The notes under the pieces were generated by a model. The model saw nothing but the letters and a program-made list of their open reading frames with translations. It was not told where the DNA came from and did no database searches. Positions 37,791-47,746 of a stretch of DNA of 60,416 nucleotides are shown here, in pieces; position 1 is the stretch's first letter; every line of letters begins with the position of its first letter. Source of the stretch: Oliverpabstia sp. (GTDB taxonomy: Bacteria; Bacillota; Clostridia; Lachnospirales; Lachnospiraceae). The DNA lies in assembly GCA_051888835.1 (NCBI GenBank), contig JBJFCH010000082.1, positions 10,426 to 70,841 of the forward strand. The letters are read 5' to 3'. The position numbers and the translations under genes are program-made.

Positions 37791-38438
37791 ATGAAATCAA
37801 TTTTATTAATCGGATTGGGCAGATTTGGAAAAAATATTGCAATAAAGCTGAATGAATTGAATCATGAAGTAATGGCAATTGATAAAAGAGAAGAACGGGT
37901 GGAAGAGGCACTGCCTTATGTGACAAATGCACAGATCGGAGATAGTATGAATGAAGCCTTTCTTCGCTCTCTGGGAGTGGGTAATTACGATGTGTGTATT
38001 GTTACCATAGGAAATGATTTTCAGAGCTCTTTAGAGACTACATCATTGTTAAAAGAACTGGGCGCAAAGAAAGTGGTGTCCAGGGCAGCAAGAGATGTTC
38101 AGGCAAAATTCCTTCTTCGAAACGGGGCAGATGAAATCGTTTATCCGGAAAAGCAGCTTGCTACATGGACGGCAATCCGCTATACTTCGGATCATATTTT
38201 TGATTATATAGAGCTGGATAATGATTATGCAATTTTTGAAATTGAAGTACCGGATCTATGGATTGGAAAAACTGTGGGTGCGATTAATATCCGGCAAAAA
38301 TATAACATTAATATCATGGCACTAAAGAGAAACGGGAAAATGGAGCTTACTATTACTCCGGATACTTGTTTTGCATCGGATGATGCACTTTTGGTGTTAG
38401 GGAAAAATAAAGACATACAGAAATGTTTTCATATTTAG
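37791..38438 (+). CDS. ktrA: Ktr/Trk RCK-domain regulatory subunit
   Basis: IGLGRFG, GADEIVYPE, C-terminal RCK_C domain. Confidence 0.92.
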   Translation: MKSILLIGLGRFGKNIAIKLNELNHEVMAIDKREERVEEALPYVTNAQIGDSMNEAFLRSLGVGNYDVCIVTIGNDFQSSLETTSLLKELGAKKVVSRAARDVQAKFLLRNGADEIVYPEKQLATWTAIRYTSDHIFDYIELDNDYAIFEIEVPDLWIGKTVGAINIRQKYNINIMALKRNGKMELTITPDTCFASDDALLVLGKNKDIQKCFHI

Positions 38439-38462
38439 CAAAATTTTGGCAGGGGTGGTATA

Positions 38463-41357
38463 ATGGAAGCGATTGCGTTGTTATTGGCTTTTCTGGTAAT
38501 AGGAGGCACAGGTTTTATAATTATGGAGAAACTGGATGCTTTTCTGGAAGGAATCCAAAATCAGCGGGAATACACTCCTGACAGCGGTGAAGAGAATATA
38601 CAGGCTGTTTATGAAAATCCTGAAGCTGATTTCGGATATCTGCCGGAAAATAGTGATAGAGAAGAGAGATGCCAAAGCCCAAAACATCCGCAGCAGGAGA
38701 TTTCTGCAAAAGAACCGGAAAAGGGCAGAGGACACTTGAAAATATTTTTTGGATATGCATCAGGAGTAGGAAAGACTTACGCCATGCTGCAGGCAGCCCA
38801 TGCGGCGAAGCAAAGAGGGATTGATGTGGTCGCCGGGCATGTGGATCCCCATGCCCGGACACAGACCGCTGAGCTTCTTCATGGGTTGGAACAGATCCCA
38901 AACCTTGTGATAAAACAGGATGGGACGGTGCAAAAAGAGTTTGATCTGGATGCAGCGATCCGGAGAAATCCCACACTGATTCTTGTGGATGAATTGGCGC
39001 ACTCAAATGCGCAGGGCTGTCGCCATGCAAAACGCTATCAGGATGTGGAGGAGCTATTGAAAGCAGGAATCGATGTATATACAACGGTCAATGTGCAGCA
39101 TATTGAAAGCCTGAATGATATGGTGGCTGCAGTAACCGGAATCATGGTCAGTGACAGGGTACCGGATTTTGTCTTTGACAATGCATCTCAGGTGGAACTT
39201 ATTGATATAGAACCTCAGGAATTGTTGGAGCGGCTGCAGACAGGAAATAAGTGTGACAAACAACCGGTTGAAATGGAGGGAATGGATTTCCAACAGATCA
39301 AGAAGCTGACTGCATTGCGGGAAATTGCACTGCGCAGATGTGCAGACCGTATCAATATGCTTTCTGAGGAGGCAAGAATCAAGACCGGCGGTGATTATCA
39401 TACAGATGAACATATACTGGTCTGCCTGTCACCGGCACCGTCGAATATGAAGATTATCCGTACGGCTGCCCGTATGGCGAAAGCCTTTCGAGGTTCTTTT
39501 ACTGCTTTATATGTGGAAACCTCAGATTTTGCCCTGATGGATGAGGAAAATAAAAATAGACTCCGAAGCAATATGCGGTTGGCTCAACAGCTGGGGGCAA
39601 AAATCGAAACGGTCTACGGAGAAGATGTTCCGTTTCAGATTGCTGAATTTGCCAGATTGTCCGGTGTTTCTAAAATTGTAATCGGAAGAAGTACGGCGAC
39701 AAAAAAATTTGTTTTTGGTAAACCAACATTGACAGAAAAACTGATTGCGCAGGCTCCGAACCTGGATGTTCATATTATTCCGGACAGTACTTCGGAGATG
39801 GTTTACAGGGCAAAGAAAGAGAGCAGGCAATCAGAGCATTTGCTGAATATAAAAGATACCATAAAAAGTATCGGGATGATCCTCATCGCTTCTTTGATTG
39901 GCTTTGGTTTCTGGAAACTGGGCATGAGTGAAGCCAATATTATCACGGTATATATTTTGTGCGTACTTATCACATCAGTGATTACCACACATCGGATGTA
40001 CAGTCTGATTTCTTCCATTATCAGCGTCTTTGTGTTCAATTTCTTATTTACAGAACCAAGGTATACATTACTTGCTTATGAAAAAGATTATCCGGTTACG
40101 TTTGTTACTATGTTTGTGGCGGCTTTCTTGACCGGTTCGCTGGCGATTCAGTTGAAAAGGCAGGCAAAACAGGCGGCCCAGTCGGCTTATCGTACAAAAA
40201 TATTGTTTGATACAAGCCAGCTGTTGGAAGGGATTAAGAAAAGAGAACAGATTATTTCAATAACTGCCACACAGCTGATCAAGCTGCTGGACAGAGATAT
40301 GGTGATTTATCTTGTGAATGGCGACGCCCTTTCAGAACCTCGATTTTTCTCGATCAATGGAGAAAACTCCGGCGAGAAGTATTTTTCGAATCAAGAACGG
40401 ACGGTTGCAGAATGGGTAGTAAAGAATAACAAACACGCAGGAGCAACCACAGATACTCTTTCCGATGCCAGATGCCTGTATCTGTCGGTACGGACAAGCA
40501 GTGCAGTGTACGGTGTTGTAGGGATTGTGATTGACAAAAAGCCACTGGATTCTTTTGAAAACAGCATCCTGTTGTCTATTCTGGGCGAATGTGCTCTTGC
40601 ACTGGAAAATGAGAAAAATGCCAGGGAAAAGGCGGAGGCGGCTTTATTGGCACAAAAAGAACAGTTAAGGGCCAATCTGCTCCGTTCGATTTCTCATGAT
40701 CTGAGAACACCGCTGACATCTATATCCGGTAATGCCAGTAATCTTCTGTCAAATGGAGAAAAGTTTGATACCGAGACTAAGGAACAGTTATATTCGGATA
40801 TTTACGATGATTCCATGTGGTTGATCAATCTGGTGGAGAATCTTCTCTCCATAACTAAAATAGAGGAGGGTAAACTGAATATCCGTCTGTCCACGGAACT
40901 GCTGGATGAAGTCGTTTCGGAGGCATTGCAGCATATCAGCAGAAAAAAGACAGAACATAAGATCTGCTTTCATCCATCAGAGAATTTTATACTGGTAAAA
41001 ATGGATGCCAGATTGATTATTCAGGTGATTATCAATATCGTGGATAATGCGATCAAATATACTCAACAAGGTTCAACAATACAGATAACAACAGAGAAAC
41101 AGGAGAATAAGGCAATTGTTCGTATCGCAGATGATGGCCCGGGAATCCCGGACGATATGAAATCTCTTGTATTTGAAATGTTCTACAGTGGGGCCAAAAG
41201 TATTGCTGACAGCAGGCGCAGCCTGGGACTTGGATTGTCTCTTTGCAAGTCGATCGTAACGGCACATGGAGGCGAACTGAAACTTACTGATAATATTCCG
41301 CACGGTGCGGTATTTACATTTTCATTGCCGACGGAGGAGGTTAATTTGCATGAATAA
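38463..41357 (+). CDS. kdpD: K+-sensing histidine kinase KdpD with N-terminal TM extension
   Basis: GHLKIFFGYASGVGKTYAML, LVDELAH, TTVNVQHIESLND, USP domain, 4 TMs, GAF, SHDLRTPL, GLGLS. Confidence 0.95.
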   Translation: MEAIALLLAFLVIGGTGFIIMEKLDAFLEGIQNQREYTPDSGEENIQAVYENPEADFGYLPENSDREERCQSPKHPQQEISAKEPEKGRGHLKIFFGYASGVGKTYAMLQAAHAAKQRGIDVVAGHVDPHARTQTAELLHGLEQIPNLVIKQDGTVQKEFDLDAAIRRNPTLILVDELAHSNAQGCRHAKRYQDVEELLKAGIDVYTTVNVQHIESLNDMVAAVTGIMVSDRVPDFVFDNASQVELIDIEPQELLERLQTGNKCDKQPVEMEGMDFQQIKKLTALREIALRRCADRINMLSEEARIKTGGDYHTDEHILVCLSPAPSNMKIIRTAARMAKAFRGSFTALYVETSDFALMDEENKNRLRSNMRLAQQLGAKIETVYGEDVPFQIAEFARLSGVSKIVIGRSTATKKFVFGKPTLTEKLIAQAPNLDVHIIPDSTSEMVYRAKKESRQSEHLLNIKDTIKSIGMILIASLIGFGFWKLGMSEANIITVYILCVLITSVITTHRMYSLISSIISVFVFNFLFTEPRYTLLAYEKDYPVTFVTMFVAAFLTGSLAIQLKRQAKQAAQSAYRTKILFDTSQLLEGIKKREQIISITATQLIKLLDRDMVIYLVNGDALSEPRFFSINGENSGEKYFSNQERTVAEWVVKNNKHAGATTDTLSDARCLYLSVRTSSAVYGVVGIVIDKKPLDSFENSILLSILGECALALENEKNAREKAEAALLAQKEQLRANLLRSISHDLRTPLTSISGNASNLLSNGEKFDTETKEQLYSDIYDDSMWLINLVENLLSITKIEEGKLNIRLSTELLDEVVSEALQHISRKKTEHKICFHPSENFILVKMDARLIIQVIINIVDNAIKYTQQGSTIQITTEKQENKAIVRIADDGPGIPDDMKSLVFEMFYSGAKSIADSRRSLGLGLSLCKSIVTAHGGELKLTDNIPHGAVFTFSLPTEEVNLHE

Positions 41358-42048
41358 GACATTGATTTTGGTGGTGGAGGATGATAAGCCGGTTCAGAAT
41401 CTTATGATAACGACTCTGAAAGCGCATGATTATAGATATCTGACTGCCATGAACGGTGAGACTGCCATTCTTGAGGCTTCTTCTCATAATCCGGATATTA
41501 TATTGCTTGATTTGGGACTGCCGGATATGGATGGAATGGAAGTAATTAAAAAAATCCGTACCTGGTCCAATGTACCGATTATTGTACTTAGTGCAAGAAG
41601 TGAAGATACAGACAAAGTGGAGGCATTGGATGCGGGAGCAGATGATTATCTGACAAAACCGTTTTCTGTGGAAGAACTTTTAGCCAGACTCAGGGTCACT
41701 GAGAGACGGCTGGCAGCTGTGCAGGGAGATTCGATAATCTCTTCCGTATTTGTGAATGGGAAACTCCGGATTGAGTATTCTGCCGGATGCGCATATATGG
41801 GAGAGGAAGAGCTTCATTTGACACCGATCGAATATAAGCTTTTGTGTCTGCTTTCCAGGAATGTGGGAAAAGTATTGACCCATACATTTATCACGCAAAA
41901 TATCTGGGGACATAGCTGGGAAAATGATGTAGCTTCATTAAGAGTGTTTATGGCTACACTTCGTAAAAAACTGGAGAAATATTCAGACTCGGTTCAGTAT
42001 ATCCAGACCCATGTGGGAGTGGGATATCGGATGGTCAGAGTGGAATAA
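41350..42048 (+). CDS. kdpE: Response regulator KdpE
   Basis: LLDLGLPDMDG, GADDYLTKPF, HLTPIEY, LRVFMATLRKKLE, THVGVGY; overlaps kdpD. Confidence 0.93.
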   Translation: MNKTLILVVEDDKPVQNLMITTLKAHDYRYLTAMNGETAILEASSHNPDIILLDLGLPDMDGMEVIKKIRTWSNVPIIVLSARSEDTDKVEALDAGADDYLTKPFSVEELLARLRVTERRLAAVQGDSIISSVFVNGKLRIEYSAGCAYMGEEELHLTPIEYKLLCLLSRNVGKVLTHTFITQNIWGHSWENDVASLRVFMATLRKKLEKYSDSVQYIQTHVGVGYRMVRVE

Positions 42049-42071
42049 AAAAACGGGACATGCAGAGATTT

Positions 42072-43055
42072 TTATGGATACCTGCTTGTCACGTTTATAA
42101 TCTGCTGACGATATGCGGATGGTGTCATTTGCATATATTTATGAAAGGTTTTTACAAAATAACTGGCATCCTGGAAACCACATCGAAATCCGATTTCCTT
42201 CACGGAGAATGATGAATTGCACAGTAAAGACTGGGCATGCTCAAGACGACATTGCGTCACGTATTCCATCGGGGAAATCTGATAAAAATTTTGAAAACAG
42301 CGTCCGGCTTCACTTCGACTGACATCTGCGGCACTGGCAATTTCTGTAACGGTGATTTTTTCACTATAATGAGTCTGAATAAAAGATATCATTTTCTGAA
42401 GACGGACTTGTGTGGTGAGTTCATTTTTCTCCGGGGTAATCAGGGGTAATTGCTCTTTGTGTATATTAAGAATCTCAAAGATCCGGCATAAATCCCGTAA
42501 AACTTCCATCTCATAACAGGGAGAGGAAGTTTTTTGTTTGGGAAGAAAATCATCCGGATGTTTCTGGTAATATCCGGCAGATCCATATTTGGACAAAAGT
42601 GTATAGGTGTGAAACAGTGTTTCAAGTAATTCCTGATGCCAGTCTGTGTCCGAATCAAAAACTATGTACGGAAGAGAGGGTTGGTATAAAATCGGCAGCA
42701 GGTATTTATTATAGATCTCGCTTGACCTGGGGGCAATCAGGTCTGCGGAAAATACGATATTGGGACATATGCATTCCGATTCTTTTGTAATCTGGCGGTA
42801 ACTGTGCAGTTGATTGCCGCTTATCAGGATGGTGTTTCCTTCTGATAATAGCACATGTTTATTTCCTGTTTGTACATCAACGCTGCCACCGGTTACGGAA
42901 AAAAACTCTGGTTCTGAATGCCAGTGCAGCGGTACTGTTTGATTGTGCCAGCATGCAAGATCATCGGTATAATACTGAATGGGAAAAGAACTTTTTCCGT
43001 GCGGTGTGGTTTCCATGAAGCGGCAATCCAGCGGCAAAACAGGTATATGATCCAT
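42072..43055 (-). CDS. AraC family regulator with cupin domain
   Basis: HG..FP, LHWH..EF cupin; C-terminal GFQDASYF..F...TPSAYR; RBS GAAAGGAG before ATG 43055. Confidence 0.9.
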   Translation of the reverse strand: MDHIPVLPLDCRFMETTPHGKSSFPIQYYTDDLACWHNQTVPLHWHSEPEFFSVTGGSVDVQTGNKHVLLSEGNTILISGNQLHSYRQITKESECICPNIVFSADLIAPRSSEIYNKYLLPILYQPSLPYIVFDSDTDWHQELLETLFHTYTLLSKYGSAGYYQKHPDDFLPKQKTSSPCYEMEVLRDLCRIFEILNIHKEQLPLITPEKNELTTQVRLQKMISFIQTHYSEKITVTEIASAADVSRSEAGRCFQNFYQISPMEYVTQCRLEHAQSLLCNSSFSVKEIGFRCGFQDASYFVKTFHKYMQMTPSAYRQQIINVTSRYP

Positions 43056-43202
43056 TTGAGTACAAAAGCTCCTTTCTGCAATCTGGGTAAATAATACCAT
43101 AAAATGGGAGAAAAATCCATGGATTTATAAAAAAACCAGTGGTATATTTACATGGAATGAAAAGCTGACAGGATTTTTTCATGATGGAAAGGGAGAGCAT
43201 AT

Positions 43203-44369
43203 ATGACTACTATATTACTTGTGATTATTTATATTTGCTATATCGGGCTGGGAATACCGGATTCTCTTTTAGGAACCGCATGGCCGGCAATTTACAGTGA
43301 ATTTGATTTTCCTGTTTCTTATGTAAGTATAGTATCAATGCTTGTCTCAGGCGGTACGGTGGTATCCAGTCTTCTGAGTGTAAGATTGATAGCCAGACTG
43401 GGGACGGGAAAGATCACGGCAATCAGTACAAGTCTGACTGCGATTGCATTGTTGGGTTTTTCTTTTACGAACAGCTTTCCGTGGCTGTGTCTGTGCGCGA
43501 TTCCGTTGGGCATCGGAGCCGGATCAATCGACAATGCACTGAATAACTATGTGGCATTACATTATAACTCCATGCAGATGAGCTTTTTACATTGCTTTTA
43601 CGGTATCGGGGTTTCTCTCAGCCCTTATTTGATGTCCCTTGCTTTATCTGACAGCATGAACTGGAGAAAAGGTTACAGAACCGTCTTTTTTATTCAGACA
43701 GCAATAGCGATTCTTTCGATACTAAGCCTGCCATTGTGGAAGGAAACAGCCACACAGAAAATGAAAGAGGAGAAACCGATGAAGGTTTTGTCCTTTGGAG
43801 AAATGCTTCGTAATAAAACAGTACTTGCATCATGTTGGGTGTTTGTAGGTATAAGTGGACTTGAATCTACTTGTCTGATCTGGGGAAGCACTTTTCTGGT
43901 TGAGACCAAAGGTCTGGCAGCAGATATGGCAGCAAAAATGATTACTTTTTATTTTGCCGGTTTAGCCATTGGAAGACTGTTGTCCGGTCTTCTTACAGTA
44001 CGAATTTCCGAATGGAAAATTATAAGGGCGGCACAGATTACAATTTTATTGGCGCTTGTCCTTTTGATGCTGCCGACAAATTTTATCGTTGCGGTACTGG
44101 GATTGTTTATGATTGGTCTGGGAAATGGTCCTGTTTTTCCGAATATGACGTACCTGACACCACTTTTGTTTGGTGGAGAAGTCTCCCAGTCGATCATAGG
44201 GATGCAGATGGCATTTTCGTATCTCAGTATTATGCTGACGCCGATTTTGTTCGGTGGGATTGCTCAGACAATAGGAACTAGGTGTTTTGTGCCGTTTCTT
44301 GTAGTCGTGTATATTATTATGTCATTTGCCATACATGCAGTCGGAAATTCTATGAATTCTGATAGATGA
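43203..44369 (+). CDS. MFS transporter (FucP-like)
   Basis: About 12 TMs, GLGIPDSLLG, GAGSIDNALN, HCFYGIG; divergent from AraC gene. Confidence 0.88.
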   Translation: MTTILLVIIYICYIGLGIPDSLLGTAWPAIYSEFDFPVSYVSIVSMLVSGGTVVSSLLSVRLIARLGTGKITAISTSLTAIALLGFSFTNSFPWLCLCAIPLGIGAGSIDNALNNYVALHYNSMQMSFLHCFYGIGVSLSPYLMSLALSDSMNWRKGYRTVFFIQTAIAILSILSLPLWKETATQKMKEEKPMKVLSFGEMLRNKTVLASCWVFVGISGLESTCLIWGSTFLVETKGLAADMAAKMITFYFAGLAIGRLLSGLLTVRISEWKIIRAAQITILLALVLLMLPTNFIVAVLGLFMIGLGNGPVFPNMTYLTPLLFGGEVSQSIIGMQMAFSYLSIMLTPILFGGIAQTIGTRCFVPFLVVVYIIMSFAIHAVGNSMNSDR

Positions 44370-44439
44370 TAGCTTTTTTTGAACCATTTCCTCTGAAAGT
44401 ACATATCTTATTATCATGAATTATATCAGGGAGGTCATG

Positions 44440-45450
44440 ATGAAAAAGAAACTGACAGCAATCGGTCTGGCAGCAGTTCTGGCATGTACGGGATTTGCAG
44501 GCTGCGGAAATGAGACGGAAAAAGGAAATGAGACACTGGAAAAAGTAATACTGAATGAGGTGGCACATTCTATATTTTATGCCCCTCAGTATGTTGCTAT
44601 CGAAAATGGATATTTTGAAAAAGAAGGCATTGATCTGGAATTAGTAACCGGATATGGTGCCGATAAAACTATGGCTGCTGTCATATCCGGTGATGCGCAG
44701 ATTGGATTTATGGGGGCAGAAGCTTCTGTTTATGCATATCTGGAAGGTGCAAATGACCCGGTGGTAAATTTCGCACAGGGAACGCAGAGAGCCGGCAACT
44801 TCCTGGTGGCCAGAGAAGAGATGCCTGATTTCCAATGGAGTGATCTGAAAGGCAAAAACATATTGGGTGGGCGAAAAGGTGGTATGCCGGAGATGGTTTT
44901 TGAATATATTCTGAAACAGAATGGTCTTGATCCGTCTGTTGATATGAATATCAACCAGAGTATAGATTTTGGTTCCACTGCAGCGGCATTTTCAGGCGGA
45001 CAGGGTGACTTTACCATAGAGTTTGAACCATCAGCCACTGCGCTTGAACAGGAAGGGGTGGGCTATGTTGTCGCCTCCTGTGGTGTGGATTCCGGTTATG
45101 TGCCCTATACTTCTTACAGTGCAAAAACCAGTTATATAGAAAAACATCCCGACATCATTCAGAAATTTACCAACGCACTGCAAAAAGGTTTGGATTATGT
45201 AAATAGTCATTCTCCGGAAGAGATTGCTAAAGTGATCAAACCGCAGTTTGAGGAAAATGATCTGGAGACAGTCACTGCAATTGTGAAAAGATATCAGGAA
45301 CAGGATACCTGGAAAGAGAATCTGGTATTTGAAAAATCAGGATTTGAACTTTTACAGGATATTTTGGAAAGTGCGGGAGAGTTGGAGAAGAGAGCAGATT
45401 ATGAGAAACTGGTTACGACCAAATATGCCGAAAAAGCCATGAAAAAATAA
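44440..45450 (+). CDS. ABC substrate-binding lipoprotein, NMT1/THI5/SsuA-like
   Basis: Lipobox FAGC, HSIFYAPQYVA..GYF..EGI, GGRKGGMP. Confidence 0.85.
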   Translation: MKKKLTAIGLAAVLACTGFAGCGNETEKGNETLEKVILNEVAHSIFYAPQYVAIENGYFEKEGIDLELVTGYGADKTMAAVISGDAQIGFMGAEASVYAYLEGANDPVVNFAQGTQRAGNFLVAREEMPDFQWSDLKGKNILGGRKGGMPEMVFEYILKQNGLDPSVDMNINQSIDFGSTAAAFSGGQGDFTIEFEPSATALEQEGVGYVVASCGVDSGYVPYTSYSAKTSYIEKHPDIIQKFTNALQKGLDYVNSHSPEEIAKVIKPQFEENDLETVTAIVKRYQEQDTWKENLVFEKSGFELLQDILESAGELEKRADYEKLVTTKYAEKAMKK

Positions 45451-45476
45451 ATAGTTGCAAATAAGTATTGCGAATC

Positions 45477-45501
45477 AGAGGACGGTCAGCAGCCGTCCTC
45501 T
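45477..45501. terminator. Hairpin between convergent genes
   Basis: AGAGGACGG-TCAGCAG-CCGTCCTCT. Confidence 0.7.
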
Positions 45502-45511
45502 TAACATGTCT

Positions 45512-45682
45512 TTACTTCATTTCATATTGCAGCATTTCATAATGCAGAGTACAGCCTTCATAGATTTCCATGGGCAGGAGTGCTCTTGCTACAAGTTTTG
45601 GCTCATCATCCGCCTGATCAATCCTCTGCAGATGTGCATAATCGCCGTCGATGGAGATTACCTTATAATCGCATGTAAGCAA
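45512..45682 (-). CDS. Small hypothetical protein
   Basis: RBS GAGGTG + TTG start; DYKVISIDGDYAHL...VARALLP.EIYEG. Confidence 0.6.
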   Translation of the reverse strand: MLTCDYKVISIDGDYAHLQRIDQADDEPKLVARALLPMEIYEGCTLHYEMLQYEMK

Positions 45683-45805
45683 ATCAATCACCTCAATTTC
45701 ATATATTTTCTCCAGTATATCAAAATTTTCTCGTAAATGCATCCACTTGGTGTTATAATTAGCAGAATAAATTGTTTCTTTTATAGAAAGACAGGGAGTG
45801 AGAAA

Positions 45806-46885
45806 TTGAATATTAAGCAGATATATACAGGTTTTTTCGTCCTGGGAATTTCGGCAGTTCTTTCTTTGTCATCGGTACCGGTGCAGGCGGCGGAATGGAC
45901 GAAGACAGATTATGGATGGAAATACCAGGAAGACGATGGAATTTATGCCGAGTGGCAATGGAAACAAGTAGATAAAAAATGGTATTATTTTGACGATCGT
46001 GGTTACTGTGTAAGCGGATGGCAAAAGATTGATGATGGCTGGTATTATTTTAATGAGAATGGTCAAATGGCGGCCAGTCAGTGGATAAAGGATTATTATG
46101 TGGGGACGGATGGAAGAATGCTGGCCGGTACCTGGGTGGGAAATATCTGGGTGGACGAGGAAGGAAAAAAAGATACTTCCATTCAGAAAGAAAAGACGAT
46201 TCCACTGAAAAGTATAACACTTAACAAGGAATCCATTTCTCTGCTGGCAGGTGAAACAGCGAATCTGGTGACAGCTTGTCAGCCGGAAGATACAACCCGG
46301 TGGAAAGCGGTCCGATGGACTAGTTCCAATCCACAGGTGGCGGAAGTGTTTCGCGGAAAGATTACGGCTGTAGGAGAAGGTACAGCACAGATTACAGCAA
46401 AGTTGGGAGATGCGGAAGCAGTATGTATGGTAACCGTGAAAGAAAGTGATGTGTGCAAAACAGCGTTGTCACTTCTGGATGCACAGTATATCTGGGGCGG
46501 TAACGGACCGGCTGACGGAGGTGTGGATTGTTCCGGACTTTTAATGTATGCTTATACACAGAATGGATATGATTTTGGTGCGGATCTGAATGCCAACAAT
46601 TTTGCTCTGCATGGACAGGAAATCACCAGAGAAGAACTTCAGCCGGGTGATGCAATCTGTTGCTGTTATAACGGTGAACGATATCAGCATATTCTGCTAT
46701 ATATTGGTAATGATATGGTGGTGGCGTCAGAGTGCGGTGGTCCGCAGGTCTGTACTGCAGGGTTGAGTTGTGATCAGCATGTAAAAGGAACACAGTGCAA
46801 TTGTCGGACCTGGAAACGTCCATTAAATGAAAATGATTTGGTAAACGCGAAATTCGTACGAATGGACGGATATAAAAAAGGATAA
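45806..46885 (+). CDS. Secreted NlpC/P60 peptidoglycan endopeptidase with cell-wall-binding repeats and Ig-like (Big_2) domain
   Basis: Signal peptide (VQA), WYYF repeats, WTSSNPQVA, YIWGG..GVDCSG, HILLY. Confidence 0.88.
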   Translation: MNIKQIYTGFFVLGISAVLSLSSVPVQAAEWTKTDYGWKYQEDDGIYAEWQWKQVDKKWYYFDDRGYCVSGWQKIDDGWYYFNENGQMAASQWIKDYYVGTDGRMLAGTWVGNIWVDEEGKKDTSIQKEKTIPLKSITLNKESISLLAGETANLVTACQPEDTTRWKAVRWTSSNPQVAEVFRGKITAVGEGTAQITAKLGDAEAVCMVTVKESDVCKTALSLLDAQYIWGGNGPADGGVDCSGLLMYAYTQNGYDFGADLNANNFALHGQEITREELQPGDAICCCYNGERYQHILLYIGNDMVVASECGGPQVCTAGLSCDQHVKGTQCNCRTWKRPLNENDLVNAKFVRMDGYKKG

Positions 46886-46915
46886 ATGAAGAGGAAAAGG
46901 ACAGGTGAGAATCAA

Positions 46916-47710
46916 ATGAAGATTGGATTTATTGGTTGTGGAAATATGGCATCTGCCATGATTGGGGGGATTGTGAAAAATAAGGTGGCGGCGCCGGAAG
47001 AGCTGTTGGCATCGGCAAAAACCAGGGAAAGCAGGGAGAGAGCCGAAAAAGAGTTGGGAATCCGTCTGACTGCTTCAAACAGCGAAGTGGCTGCTTTTGC
47101 AGATGTTCTGGTTCTGGCTGTAAAACCTTTTTATTATGAAGAAGTGATTGCGGAGATCAAAGACAGTGTGAAAGAAGATGCGGTCATTGTCTCAATCACT
47201 CCCGGCAAAAAGCTGGACTGGTTGGAAGAACAGTTTGGAAAACCGACAAAAATTGTGCGTACCATGCCAAATACACCGGCTCTTGTGGGAGAAGGAATGA
47301 GTTGTGTCTGTGGCAATTCAAGAACAACGCAGGAAGATATTGATCGAGTGTGCCGGATCTTCTCTGGGTTTGGAAAGTCAGAGATTGTGACAGAAGAGAT
47401 GATTGATGTGGTAGTAGGAGTGAGCGGAAGTTCTCCGGCCTATGTGTTTATGTTTATAGAAGCTATGGCAGATGCGGCAGTTGCGGATGGGATGCCCAGA
47501 GCCCAGGCATATCGTTTTGCGGCCCAGGCAGTATTGGGAAGTGCGAAGATGGTTCTGGAGACAGGAAAGCATCCCGGTGAACTGAAAGATATGGTCTGTT
47601 CTCCAAAAGGGACGACGATCGAAGCGGTCCGTGTACTGGAAGAAAAAGGATTCCGCAGTGCCGTGTTTGAAGCAGTGAAAGCATGTGTGAAAAAAACAAG
47701 AGAGGTTTAA
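46916..47710 (+). CDS. proC: Pyrroline-5-carboxylate reductase
   Basis: IGFIGCGNM, LAVKP, RTMPNTP, SGSSPAY, VCSPKGTT. Confidence 0.96.
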   Translation: MKIGFIGCGNMASAMIGGIVKNKVAAPEELLASAKTRESRERAEKELGIRLTASNSEVAAFADVLVLAVKPFYYEEVIAEIKDSVKEDAVIVSITPGKKLDWLEEQFGKPTKIVRTMPNTPALVGEGMSCVCGNSRTTQEDIDRVCRIFSGFGKSEIVTEEMIDVVVGVSGSSPAYVFMFIEAMADAAVADGMPRAQAYRFAAQAVLGSAKMVLETGKHPGELKDMVCSPKGTTIEAVRVLEEKGFRSAVFEAVKACVKKTREV

Positions 47711-47746
47711 GCGAATAATAATATTTGGAAGAAAGAGGGTATAGAA

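Noticed and set aside
45890-46150. Repetitive TGGTATTATTT sequences
   Set aside because: Coding cell-wall-binding (WYYF) repeats, not a DNA repeat array
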